64,000 nt of DNA from Neocallimastix sp. 'constans' (GCA_050613775.1 JBODTK010000107.1:186001-250000), one strand, 5' to 3'; counted from the stretch's first letter, positions 46,422-63,220 are shown. A program made the numbers and translations. The notes: generated from the sequence alone by a model not told the origin.

Positions 46422-48269
46422 ATGGATCAATTCAGTTCTCAATTAGCAAATAGTTTGGAAAATGGTTATACCTTAGGTGTACCAGAATATTTAATTCAAA
46501 TATACAAGGAACTTTCTTCTTGGTGTGAATTAATTCAATATAAGATTGATGTAGATATAAATACTCAGGATGATATTAGAAAACAAGTTCTTTCCAACAA
46601 TTTATTAAAACATATTCAAGTATTATGGCAAGAAAATGTAAATGAATTCTATTCTATTAAAAGAGATGAAACTAGAGAACAACTTTCAAAAGCTTTCAAT
46701 AATAGAATAAACAACTGTCATTGTCAAATAATGATGGAAGAAGAGAACGATGCCATCTTAGAAAATCATCCATGTCAAGAGGTAGGTAAAATGCCAATAA
46801 ATGAAGAATACTTCACAGATAATGATAATGATTCATTATCATCAGAAGAAAATAATTACTACTACCAAAAATATAATAATAATAATAATATATCAAATGA
46901 ATCTATCATTGAAGGTGATCCATCCAAGATGGTAGTTTTCGTAAAATATAATACAGATTTAAATTCAAATAATAATAATAATAATGATACGAAGAATTAT
47001 ATTAATATTGATGATGAATATGAATTTGATTATGGTAATGACAAAGATAATTATAATTGGATTGATAATGATGAATATGATGACTATGATCTTCATCATT
47101 ATAATGAAGTCAATGTTACCAAGGTTAATATCATTCATTCAAATAATGAAGAAAAGGATGACATGATGAATGACTTTAGTAGTAATTCAAATGCTTATGA
47201 GTTCTATGAGGGATCAATGGCTCCTTCCTTACCAGATTGGTCTATTTCCTACAAAGAAGTTTCTCCAACCGAAGAAGCCACTTGTACTGCTAATTCTTAT
47301 TTATGGGAGAATAATAGTAATAGTTTTAATGAATATTATCATACAATTATAAAGGTGGATATGGATCAACATTTGAGTTATGCGGAAAAAATGATGAAAG
47401 AAACAATAATAGAAGAAGAAGAAGAAGAAGAAGAAGAAGAAGATAACAAAAATGAAAAAGAAAATAATAGTTTTACTGAACAGTATATAAGGGAAAATAA
47501 AAAATTAAATCATGATTCTCTTTATTCTCCTTATTTAAATGAGAATAGTTGTAGTAATGATAATCATGAAGATGAATTTAATAATACTTTAATAAATGAA
47601 ATGACTTCCTTATCATTAAAGAATGATAATGAAATAAGTGCTAATGATAATAAAATCGAAGAAGAAAAAGAAGAAGAAAAAGAAAAAGAAAAAGAAAATA
47701 TTAATGTTAATCATATCAAAAATGAAAAACATAGGTTATCTATTACTACTGATGAATCAGTAATTAATAGATTTTCAAGGAATGAAAATACAAATGAAAA
47801 TAATTGTAAAAATAATTTGGTTGGAGATGAAGCATCACCGCAGAACTGTTATAAGGTTAAGGAACATCTTTATCCAAGAACCGTTAAATCAAGAGATATT
47901 TATTATGATAATTATGGTGAAGATAGTCCATCAGCGGATAGTATTATTTCTCCTAATGAAGAATTATTACTTTCATTTACCTCTGAAGATGAAGAATATG
48001 AATATTCTTCAAGAAAGGTATTAATGACTCCACTATCTTCTAGTGCCTTATACTATACGGAAGAAGCTAATATTTCAATTGATAATATTCAACAAAGTCA
48101 TTGTGAGGAAGAAATGAGTAAGGAAGAAAATGAAAATGAAAAATTATCATTAAATGAAAATGAAGAATTACCTCTTATGGAAAGTATTATCGATCAAGAT
48201 CAAGAAAATAAAGAAAACTTTGTAAAATATTTATCTAATAGAAGAGATAGTGGTTTTAGTGAAAACTGA
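46422..48269 (+). CDS. Intronless 615-aa N/E/D-rich, probably largely disordered protein; function unknown
   Basis: 1.85-kb ORF with a helical-looking N-terminal ~110 aa followed by low-complexity acidic and Asn tracts; ends RRDSGFSEN*. Confidence 0.8.
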   Translation: MDQFSSQLANSLENGYTLGVPEYLIQIYKELSSWCELIQYKIDVDINTQDDIRKQVLSNNLLKHIQVLWQENVNEFYSIKRDETREQLSKAFNNRINNCHCQIMMEEENDAILENHPCQEVGKMPINEEYFTDNDNDSLSSEENNYYYQKYNNNNNISNESIIEGDPSKMVVFVKYNTDLNSNNNNNNDTKNYINIDDEYEFDYGNDKDNYNWIDNDEYDDYDLHHYNEVNVTKVNIIHSNNEEKDDMMNDFSSNSNAYEFYEGSMAPSLPDWSISYKEVSPTEEATCTANSYLWENNSNSFNEYYHTIIKVDMDQHLSYAEKMMKETIIEEEEEEEEEEDNKNEKENNSFTEQYIRENKKLNHDSLYSPYLNENSCSNDNHEDEFNNTLINEMTSLSLKNDNEISANDNKIEEEKEEEKEKEKENINVNHIKNEKHRLSITTDESVINRFSRNENTNENNCKNNLVGDEASPQNCYKVKEHLYPRTVKSRDIYYDNYGEDSPSADSIISPNEELLLSFTSEDEEYEYSSRKVLMTPLSSSALYYTEEANISIDNIQQSHCEEEMSKEENENEKLSLNENEELPLMESIIDQDQENKENFVKYLSNRRDSGFSEN

Positions 48270-48775
48270 AATGATAGTAATGATGAAATATTAGTTTTTT
48301 TAATTAAATTAAAATTAATTAAAAAAAAAAAAAAAAAAAAAAAAAGGTTCTTATAAAATATGAAATAAAAAATAAAAAAAAAAAAAAAAAATTAAAACAG
48401 AATAAATTTTTAGATACTTAATATCAATAAATGTTCAAAAAAAAAATATGAATAAAATATATTATTAAATATATATATTTATATTTAAAAAAAAATAAAA
48501 ATAAAGAAAAAAAAAAAAATAAAAATAAAGAAAAAAAAAAAAAAATAAAAATAAAAATAAAAAATAAAAGTATTATTATTATTTTAATTGTTTATGATAT
48601 TTAATTTATAATTTTATTCATAATTTTTTTCTTAAATTAAAATGATTGATTGATTATTTGATATTAAATATAAATGTATAAAGTATTGATATATAGAGTT
48701 GGGTGTGTTAAAATATATTTATATATATATAGTATTGGTATGTTTAAAATCTTTTTTATTTTTTATTTATTTATT

Positions 48776-48821
<46 letters not shown>

Positions 48822-49482
48822 TTTTAAAACGTTTGATTGATTGACTGTTATATATTAATATATATGTATATTGAAGTTTTTAAAATTGATAATTTCTTTT
48901 TATTTTTATTTTTATTTTTTTCACTTTAATCATCTTTGATTATATAAATTAAATATTAAAAATTATTATTTAAAATTATAATTTCTATATTATATTATAT
49001 TAACATAATAGTAACAAAAATATTCTTGGAAAAATTATTTTAATAATATAACAGTATATATTTTATGCATTATAATAAATATTAAAATATATATATATAA
49101 TAACTGAATAAACAATAACTGATTATTAAAATATATATATAATAACTGAATAAACAATAACTATATGAAAATATAAAAATATTTATTATTGTTTATTATT
49201 ATTTAAAGGTTTTTGGGATAGTACTTTTTAAAATACGTTTATTTGTTTATTTTTTTTTTAAAAAAAACAATAAAAGAATTAAGAATTAAATATGAAACTA
49301 TTTAATTATATAACTAAAGAATAATCTTATTATATTCATAAATTTTATAACAAAATTAAAATAAAAACAAATCATTTAGGTAAATTATAATATTTTAAAA
49401 CATTTTTAAAATACAACATTGAAAAATTATAAATCTCTGAAAATGTAAAGATTTAGAAGAATTAAAAAGATATAATTTAATT

Positions 49483-49938
49483 GGTGTTGCATTTCTCAAT
49501 CATTCATTTCGAAAAATGTGGCTTAAAATATTTTTAAAAAATAAACATATAAATAAATAAATTAAATAAAATAAGTAAAATTTATTAAATATTGATATTG
49601 ATTTTAATAATATCAATATTATTTAGTTTTATTTTACTATTAAAATATTTTTAAAATAAAAAAACTATATAATACTAATATTAAGATAAAATATAAAAAA
49701 GAAATAATAATACATTTTTAACATATTTATTTTTTTTTTATTTAATATTTTTTATTTATTTATTTAATTTATTTATTCATATGTTTATTTATAATAAATA
49801 TTTTAAGCCATATTTTGAGAAATACACAATTGGGAAATGTACACCTCCCTTTATTTAATTATTTATTTATTGGAAAAAAAAATTAGATAATGTGGCAATT
49901 AATTAAAAATTTAAAGCCACATTACGAAATGATACATT
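49483..49938. mobile_element. MITE-like element (49483-49849) with ~75-bp TIRs, plus an adjoining second TIR end (49850-49938)
   Basis: Left ggtgttgcatttctcaatcattcatttcgaaaaatgtggcttaaaatatttttaaaaaataaacatat compared with the reverse complement of the right end, ggtgtacatttcccaattgtgtatttctcaaaatatggcttaaaatatttattataaataaacatat. 49850-49938 is the reverse complement of ~15674-15790. Confidence 0.75.
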
Positions 49939-50484
49939 AAATTTTTTTAATTTAATTTTTTTTCATTTAATTTTATATGAGTAATATCGGATTATTTTCC
50001 GCTATAAAACAAAAAAAAAAAAAATAAAAAATTAAAAATTTGAAATTTTCCAGTAAATAAAATTTTTCCGAAAAGTTTTTTTTTATAAGTTTGAAATAAA
50101 ATATATAAAAATATATGATTATTTACAAATTTTTTGGATGACATTATAAAATATAAAATTTTAAGTTAATGTAATTGATTTCTTTATCATATAAAAAATA
50201 GTTTAATGCATTTTAATAATAAAATAAATTATTAAAGGATTGATAAATTTTACTTTTTTTTTTTTTTATTTTTTTTTATTTTATTTATTTATTTATTTAT
50301 TTATTTTCTTAAATATGTTCATTTTATTCAATATTTTATATATCATATTATTGGATTAATCAAAAAATATTTATAATTACTATAATTAATAAAATTGACA
50401 ATATATTTTTATGTATAAATAAAATAATTTTTATATATAATAATATTTACATTTTATTATAATTGAATAAAAAGTTTTTAAATA

Positions 50485-55716
<5,232 letters not shown>

Positions 55717-56527
55717 TTTTTTAGGAAATTTAATAGGAGAAAAAAAAATTATATATATATACTATTTATGAAAAACACAAAAATAATGAAAAGATAATGG
55801 TGATTGTTAAAAATTTATTTTATAATGAATATCAAATGAATATTATAATTCATTAACTATTAAAAATAAAAATTTTTGAAATATAATCATTTAAAAACAT
55901 TACGAATTCATTAAAAAATATGATCATTTTTTTTTAATTTTAAAAAGTGTTTCTTTATATAAATATGTCAATATCTTAAATATTCATTATTAAAACAGAG
56001 TAATATATTATATTATGAATTTTTATTTATTTATTTTATTTATTTTTATTTATTTTTGTTTTTATTTTTGTTATTGTTTTTATTTTGGTATTATTCGATG
56101 TTTTTTGAATCATGTTTTAAAAAAATAATTTTTTTTTTTTATCATTAAAATAAATTTTTATTTTTATTTTTATTTTTTTTTTTTCTTTTTACTAGCGCAA
56201 ATATCGCTTGATTTATAAAGTAAATTGGTGATTTTAATTATTATTTTTTATTTTATTTTATTTTATTTTAATAAATTATTAAAACCAATAAAATAAAATA
56301 AAAAGGTATTTAGAAAATTAAAATTTAAAAAAAAAAAAAATAATAAAATAAAAAAAGTAGGTCAAATTTTTATAGTTCTAAAAAATTTTATTAAAATTAA
56401 AAAATAAATAAATATTATATTTTGCAATTTTCTACTAAACAATTAAATTTCCATTATTAATTTTTTTTTTTTAAAAATTATTAAATATTTTGATATTTAT
56501 ATTCGTATTATTTTATTATAGTTTTTT

Positions 56528-56724
56528 TTAAAGTTCATCCTTTTTGGCATTAATATTTTTTATTGTCTTTTTCTTCCTCATTCTTTACTTCAATTTTAGG
56601 TGAGGAATCGGTAGTATTTTCTTTCACCAACTTCTTAATAAATTCTTGTACTTAATTATCATATTCAGTCCATTCTGGTAATATTCTACGAGCCATGTCA
56701 GGATTATAACACTAATATTGGTAA
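56528..56724 (-). pseudogene. Degenerate C-terminal fragment of UDP-glucose:glycoprotein glucosyltransferase (UGGT/Kre5-like)
   Basis: Translation *CYNPDMARRILPEWTEYDN*VQEFIKKLVKENTTDSSPKIEVKNEEEKDNKK/(frameshift)NAKKDEL*. Resembles the UGGT end motif CNNP..KEPKL..ARRI.PEW..YD.E plus a KDEL ER-retention signal. Contains stops, a deletion and a frameshift. Confidence 0.75.
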
Positions 56725-56766
56725 TTTATTTTATATATATTATATATTTTTATAGAAATATGATAT

Positions 56767-56868
56767 GAATAAATCTGAACTCTTTAAAATTTCTTCTTTT
56801 TCTTAAGTTAATGGTTTATTTCTTTCTCCCATGAGAACATCATTATGATAATTAGTATTATAACTTTC
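56767..56868 (-). pseudogene. 102-bp internal fragment copied from the neighbouring esterase gene (57476-57577)
   Basis: 3 mismatches in 102 bp, one of them converting CAA to TAA. Confidence 0.9.
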
Positions 56869-57193
56869 TTCTATTAAAATTTTTTATATTCCTTTTTTTT
56901 TTTTTTTTTTTTAAAAAAAAATTAATATTTTTAGATATGATATAGTTTTATATTTAATTATATATATTTATATGCATATATCAATATATTTTGATATTTT
57001 TGGTATAATTTTGATTTTATATACATATGTATTTATATAAATATATTCTGATATTTTTGGTATAATTTAATTATAAAATATAAATTGGATATAAAAATAT
57101 ATTTAATTATAAAACATAAAATGAATATAGAAGCACATTTAATTATAAGGTCGTACAATAATATTATTATCCTTTCCTTTAAAAAAAAAAAAA

Positions 57194-58138
57194 TTATTCT
57201 TTAAATGATTCAGCAATAAATTCTCTAATTCTTTTGTGTGCGGCTCTACTTTCTCGAAGATATCTAACATGAATTGGATAGATGTGAAACATTCCTTTTC
57301 TATTAATTAGTTCTACATCATTTCCATTTTCTTTAATCTTTTCAACTATGGATAAGGTATCATCAAGAAGCATTTCTTTATCTCCAACAATGAAAAGTGA
57401 TTTTGGAAATGTAGTATAATTTCCAAAAATTGGTGAAATACAAGGATCTTTTCTGTCGGCATCCCCAATATAACAGAATAAATCTGAACTCTTTAAAATT
57501 TCTTCTTTTTCTTGAGTTAATGGTTTATTTCTTTCTCCCATGAGAACATCATTATGATAATTGGTATGATAACTTTCACCTGAAGCAGTCATATCTGTCC
57601 ATGGAGATAAAAAGAAAGCGGCTTTAGGAGCTACATTTCTTTCTTGACGAAGTTTATTAATTAATACTAAAGCTAAATTACCACCTGAAGAATCACCGCC
57701 AATAATAATATCTTCTGGTGAGTGTTCCTTTGTAATTAAATCCCAAAGTTCTATAGCTTGATTAAGTTGAGTGGGATATCTAAATTCTGGAGCAAGATCA
57801 TAGTCCAATAATATAACTTCAATATCATCTCTGACATCACATAGAGGGTAAGAAAATGATTGATACATATTATTTAATCCTGAGATATAGCATCCACCAT
57901 GAAGGAAATAAATAATTTTCTTTGCTGGCATATTAGAATCCTTACTAATAATCCAATATTTCACATGATTTTCAGTTTCTTTTCTTTCAATGGAATAACC
58001 TTTCTTTAAAATATCCTTCTTTTCATATTTTTCATTCATATGTTTAATTTTATCTACTACATCATCATTATGGAAAGGATTAATATTATATTCTAATCTT
58101 AATACACCTTTGAAAATTTGACACATTAAAGTCAACAT
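57194..58138 (-). CDS. Alpha/beta hydrolase, HSL family (Abhydrolase_3) esterase/lipase, intronless, 314 aa
   Basis: Oxyanion motif FLHGGCY, DYDLAPEFRYP, nucleophile GGDSSGGNLAL, LSPWTD, SPIFG, acid region GDKEMLLDD and catalytic His in GMFHIY. Confidence 0.93.
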   Translation of the reverse strand: MLTLMCQIFKGVLRLEYNINPFHNDDVVDKIKHMNEKYEKKDILKKGYSIERKETENHVKYWIISKDSNMPAKKIIYFLHGGCYISGLNNMYQSFSYPLCDVRDDIEVILLDYDLAPEFRYPTQLNQAIELWDLITKEHSPEDIIIGGDSSGGNLALVLINKLRQERNVAPKAAFFLSPWTDMTASGESYHTNYHNDVLMGERNKPLTQEKEEILKSSDLFCYIGDADRKDPCISPIFGNYTTFPKSLFIVGDKEMLLDDTLSIVEKIKENGNDVELINRKGMFHIYPIHVRYLRESRAAHKRIREFIAESFKE

Positions 58139-58931
58139 TTTTTTTTTTGTTATATTATTAATTAATATTTAATATTTTAGTTTTTAATCTATTATTGATT
58201 ATAAATTTTTAATTACTTTACAAATTTTCAAAAAATAAAATAATTTATTCTATTTTATTAAAAAAAAAAAAAAGAAAAAAAAATTTTTTTTCTTTCTTTT
58301 ATACTTTTTTAATTTTTTTAATATTATTCTAATTATTATTCTTTATTACTATTATAATATTATTAATATTTTAAATTTTTATTATTCAAAATATATCATA
58401 TCATATTCATATTATAATTATTACTAATATTTTTTATTTTAATAATAATAAATAAAATAAAAATAATTATAATAACAAAATATAATCAATCCATTGTTAT
58501 TAATATATTTTTATTTTAAAATTTATTATTTTATATATTTTATTTTTTTTTTTTTTTTAATTATAAGATTATTTTATAATTATTATTAAATATGTTTTAT
58601 TAAATAGATATAAAATATTAAATTTAACATTTTTACATTATTGATTTATTAAAAGTACTAATAATATTATTACTATTAAATTAAATTTGATGAATTTTCT
58701 TTTTTTTTTTTTTTATTTTAAATATTTAATATATTAATATTGATAATTTTTTTTAATAAATATTTGATATTAGATTTAAGATAGACAAAATAACAATATA
58801 TAACAAAAAAAAAAAAAAAAAACTTAAAATAATGAAAATTAAAATCATACGTTGTAAATAAAAATGTATTTTAAAAAGGATTCACCAATAAATTTAATTA
58901 TATAAAAAGTAACTTTAAAAACAAAACAAAA

Positions 58932-58967
<36 letters not shown>

Positions 58968-59186
58968 AAAATAAATTATATTAAATCGTATATTTAAAAA
59001 TATATAACAATACTTTAATAAATTATTAATATAAAAAAAATGATTTATTTTAGTGTCACTACACAATAAAATATTTATAATTAATTAACATAACAAAAAA
59101 AACAAAAAACTTAATAATATAGTTAATTAAAATCATGAAGTTGTGAATAAAATTCTTTGATAGTTAATATCATGCTTATCATACTT

Positions 59187-59719
59187 TATTTTTTATTTTA
59201 TTTTATTTTATTTTTAAATCATGAAAATAAAAATAAAAATAAATTCTTTTATATGATAAAAATTTTATATATATAATTATTATTTTTAATCATTTTAGGA
59301 TGTGAGTAAATGTATATATATAAGGAATACTTTAAATTCAAGTTAAATTAATATTTTGAAATAAATTTATATTAAATATAATAAATAATAAATAATAAAG
59401 GAAAAACAAAAACAAATTAACATTGAAATAGTATTAAAAAGAAAAAATAAATATTTTTTATTTTATTTTATTTTATTTTTAAATCATGAAAATAAAAATA
59501 AAAATAAATTCTTTTATATGATAAAAATTTTATATATATAATTATTATTTTTAATCATTTTAGGATGTGAGTAAATGTATATATATAAGGAATACTTTAA
59601 ATTCAAGTTAAATTAATATTTTGAAATAAATTTATATTAAATATAATAAATAATAAATAATAAAGGAAAAACAAAAACAAATAAACATTGAAATAGTATT
59701 AAAAAGAAAAAATAAATAT
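59187..59719. repeat. Near-perfect 265-bp tandem duplication
   Basis: 59187-59451 and 59452-59716 (aaatcatgaa at 59216 and 59481); only one substitution seen. Confidence 0.92.
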
Positions 59720-60145
59720 AATACTATCATAATTAAATCATATTCTTTTAAAAAATGCTATTAATATATATATTTAAGTTTTTAATATTTTTTTATTTTT
59801 ATATTTATCTTTTTTTTTATCATTTTTTTTTATAATTTTTTAATATTTTTGGTTTTTTTTTAATAAAACAATATAAATTATTATTATTATTATTATTATT
59901 ATTATTTAATATTTTAATATATATATAAAAAGTTTTTTATTTTTTCTTTTTATTTTAATACTAGTTATTTATTGAAAAAAAAAAAAAAAAAAAAAAAAAA
60001 AATTATTTTAATACTAGTTATTTATTAAAAAAAAAAAAAATTTTTATAGAGTTGATTAAAATCATAAGTTGTAAATGATAATATAAATTTACCAATAATT
60101 TTAACTATATAAAAAGAAAGTTTAATATACAATAAATTAAATTAA

Positions 60146-60435
60146 TTTACATAAAATAGCTTAACAAATGTTTAAATAAATTGTTAATGTAAAAAATTGA
60201 TAATGATCTTTCTTATTGTCACACCAAAAAAAAATAAAAAAATCATTTACATAAAACAGCTTAACAAATGTTTAAATTGATGATGTAAAAATGATAAAGA
60301 TCTATCTTATTGTCACATCAAAAAAAAAAAAAAAAAAAAGATAAAGCAATCATTTATTTAAAATAACTTAACAAATGTATAAATAAATTTGCTGATATAA
60401 AATGATAATGATCTATCTTATAGTCACACCAAAAA
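60146..60435. repeat. Three diverged ~100-bp tandem units
   Basis: Units start at 60146, 60246 and 60353 and share cttaacaaatgt...atgataa(t/a)gatct(t/a)tctta(t)(t/a)gtcaca. An inverted fragment lies at 62058-62086. Confidence 0.85.
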
Positions 60436-61254
60436 ATAAAAAAAAAATTTTTTTCTATATTTTATACTATTAATAGTTTATTATCATACTATAATTTATA
60501 TTTTACTTTTTTTTTTTTAATCAAATCATTAAAACAAATGAAAATAATATATAATTTTTTATTTATATTTATTATATAATATGCATAAATATATATCTAT
60601 ATACATGTAATATCATATATATTAAATTGAATTATTAATTTTATAGTAATATCATATAAAAAATATATATAAATAATAAAGGAAAAACAAAAGAAACAAA
60701 TAGTCAAACAAAAAAAAATTATAATTAAAAAATTATAATTATTTATAATTAATACAAAATACAAATATATATATATATTATTTTTTTTAAACTATTTCAT
60801 TCTTTTTTTTTTTTTATCAAATTTCTCAATTTTGTTAATATTTTTTTACATATATGTTATTTATTTAATTTTTTTATATTTCTATATTGATATATATATT
60901 TATGTTAGTATATATTTAAATTATTTAGCTTTAATGGACTTATTACACTATTAATATCAACATTTTTTAAATATTGTATATTATTTTTCTTATATTTTAA
61001 TACTATATATAATATTTATAAAGCGTTGATATTAATAATGTAATAAATCCATTAAATATTTGAAGGTGTAGTAATAATAAAGAGTTTTAAATTTGCACAA
61101 TTTGGAATGTGTAAAAAAAAAGTATACCTGTCAAAAAATTTACCTATTTATATTTATTAATTTTATATTTTTTTGTTTTTTCAAGTTTTTATTTTTTTTT
61201 TTTATAAATATTAATAATTATGAAAAATATGATAAAATAATAATAATATATATA

Positions 61255-61296
<42 letters not shown>

Positions 61297-61464
61297 ATAA
61301 AGAAAATTAAAAAAAAAATTTAAAATAAAAATATATATATATATAATAAAGAATATAAAATATAAAATAAGAAAATATTAGTGATAATTTTTATTAATAT
61401 TTTTATTTTAATAATAATTAATAAAAGAAAAACTAAAAATAGTATAATACGATTATAGTATTAA

Positions 61465-62049
61465 TAATTTTGGATTATAAAAATTTTGAAATATAAATAA
61501 TATTATAATAGTAATAAAAAATAATAATTATAATAATACTAAAAAAATATAAATGAGGAAATATATATGTATTAATTATTCAAATAGAGTAATATATTTT
61601 TATTTTTATTTTTACTTTTTTTTTTTTTTTTTTTTTTAGTTTCTATTAATTATAAATTTTTAATTACTACACTAATTTTCATAAAAAAAAATAATTTATT
61701 TACATGTTCAACTTTAATTTTATCCATTACATCATCATTATGGAAAGGATTAATATTCTAATCTTAGTATATCTTTGAAAATTTGGCACATTTAACATAT
61801 TAATGAAAAAAAAATATGAAAAGAAAGATATTTTAAAGAAAGGTTATACCATTGAAAGAAAAGAAACTGAGCATTATGTTAAATATTGGATTATTAGTAA
61901 GGATTCAAATATGTCAGAATAGAAAGTTATTTATTTCCTTCATAGTGGATGTTATATAATCAATCTCTTTTTTATCCTATGCGTAAAGTCGGAGATGATT
62001 ATTGAAGTTATATTATAAGACTATGACCTTATTCCATTTTAGATATTCA
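61465..62049 (+). pseudogene. Inverted, internally rearranged pseudogene copy of the 57194-58138 esterase, including upstream DNA
   Basis: 61796-62049 reads as esterase codons ~33-120 (KYEKKDILKKGYTIERKETEHYVKYWIISKDSNMSE*KVIYFLHSGCY) with stops and indels. 61713-61795 and ~61636-61700 match 58043-58128 and 58177-58250 in direct orientation. 61465-61550 matches the reverse complement of 58310-58392. Confidence 0.88.
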
Positions 62050-62255
62050 TTTTATATAACAATTGATTTAAACATTTGTTAACCTATCATATGGTATGTG
62101 TTAAAATATACATAAACAAAAAATATCATAAAAGTTCAAATTAAATTATTTTTATAAAATTTATACGCATTAAATATATGAAAAATATTAAATATATATT
62201 TGTTATGTAAGTAATTAAAAAAAAATCGTTTATATAAAAAAAATCATTAATTAAA

Positions 62256-62361
<106 letters not shown>

Positions 62362-62717
62362 TTTAATATAAAAAATAAAAATATTTTTTATTATTATTTA
62401 AATATGTATATATAATGTATAAATATATATATATATTTTTTTTAATATTTAAAATATATATATATATAATATATATTTAATTTTATTTTTTATTTACTAT
62501 TTTTTATATAAATTTATTAATTTTTTTTATAAAATAATAAAATTGTAAAATTTTCATATATATATTTAATTTTATAAATATAGAATTATGATATAATGAA
62601 GTTTAAAAATTGATTTAGAAATCATAAGAAAATATAAAATTAATTAAATAAAATGTCAAAAATTTAATACTGCTTATAGTTTACAATTTAATTATTTACA
62701 TGTTACACTAAGAATAA

Positions 62718-62873
62718 TTTTTTTTTTTTTTTTTTATAGACTGAAGACTTTGGTCTTCCCCATATAGTAATATGGGTGTATGATTAACTGCCATACCAGT
62801 ACGGCGTCGGCGCTCTCAACTCCCCATAAGCAAAGAAACTCCATATAGAAGCACCCTACGCGATCCTCGAGGG
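62718..62873 (-). mobile_element. Short retroposon (SINE or 5'-truncated non-LTR element) with poly(A) tail and a perfect 14-bp TSD
   Basis: TSD tacactaagaataa at 62704-62717 and 62874-62887; T18 tract at 62718-62735; GC-rich ~138-bp body. Confidence 0.88.
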
Positions 62874-63143
62874 TACACTAAGAATAAACATATAAATATA
62901 TATATTTATTTAATAATTAAAATTCGTACTTCATTTATATTGATAATTAATATCATGTTTCATTTTTAATTTTCATTTATTAATTTATTATTAAATTAAA
63001 CTGAAAATAAGAAACTGAAAATAAGAACTATTCTATAATAAATATTATGATAGAATAAGATTTTAAAAATTGAAATGATATTAATAAAAATAATAACAAT
63101 AATAAAAAGGAATAGAATATAGGATACATAGGATACTATCACA

Positions 63144-63220
<77 letters not shown>

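Noticed and set aside
46422..48269. Gasdermin-like substrate for the neighbouring ANK-protease
   Set aside because: The sequence is low-complexity and acidic, without the beta-rich pore-forming pattern expected of a gasdermin.
56191..56210. Helitron 3' end (CTAG plus small hairpin) explaining the captured gene fragments
   Set aside because: The hairpin is only 4 bp and overlaps the CTAG instead of lying ~10 nt upstream; no matching 5' end was identified.
60146..60435. CRISPR-like repeat-spacer array
   Set aside because: Eukaryotic context, whole units are homologous with no unique spacers, and there are no cas genes.
62741..62760. CTGAAGA resembling a hammerhead ribozyme core
   Set aside because: No stem II followed by GAAA in the required position; the bases instead form the gaagac/gtcttc hairpin.
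62941..63143. Possible solo LTR (tgata...tatca ends)
   Set aside because: No target-site duplication and no second copy in the window.
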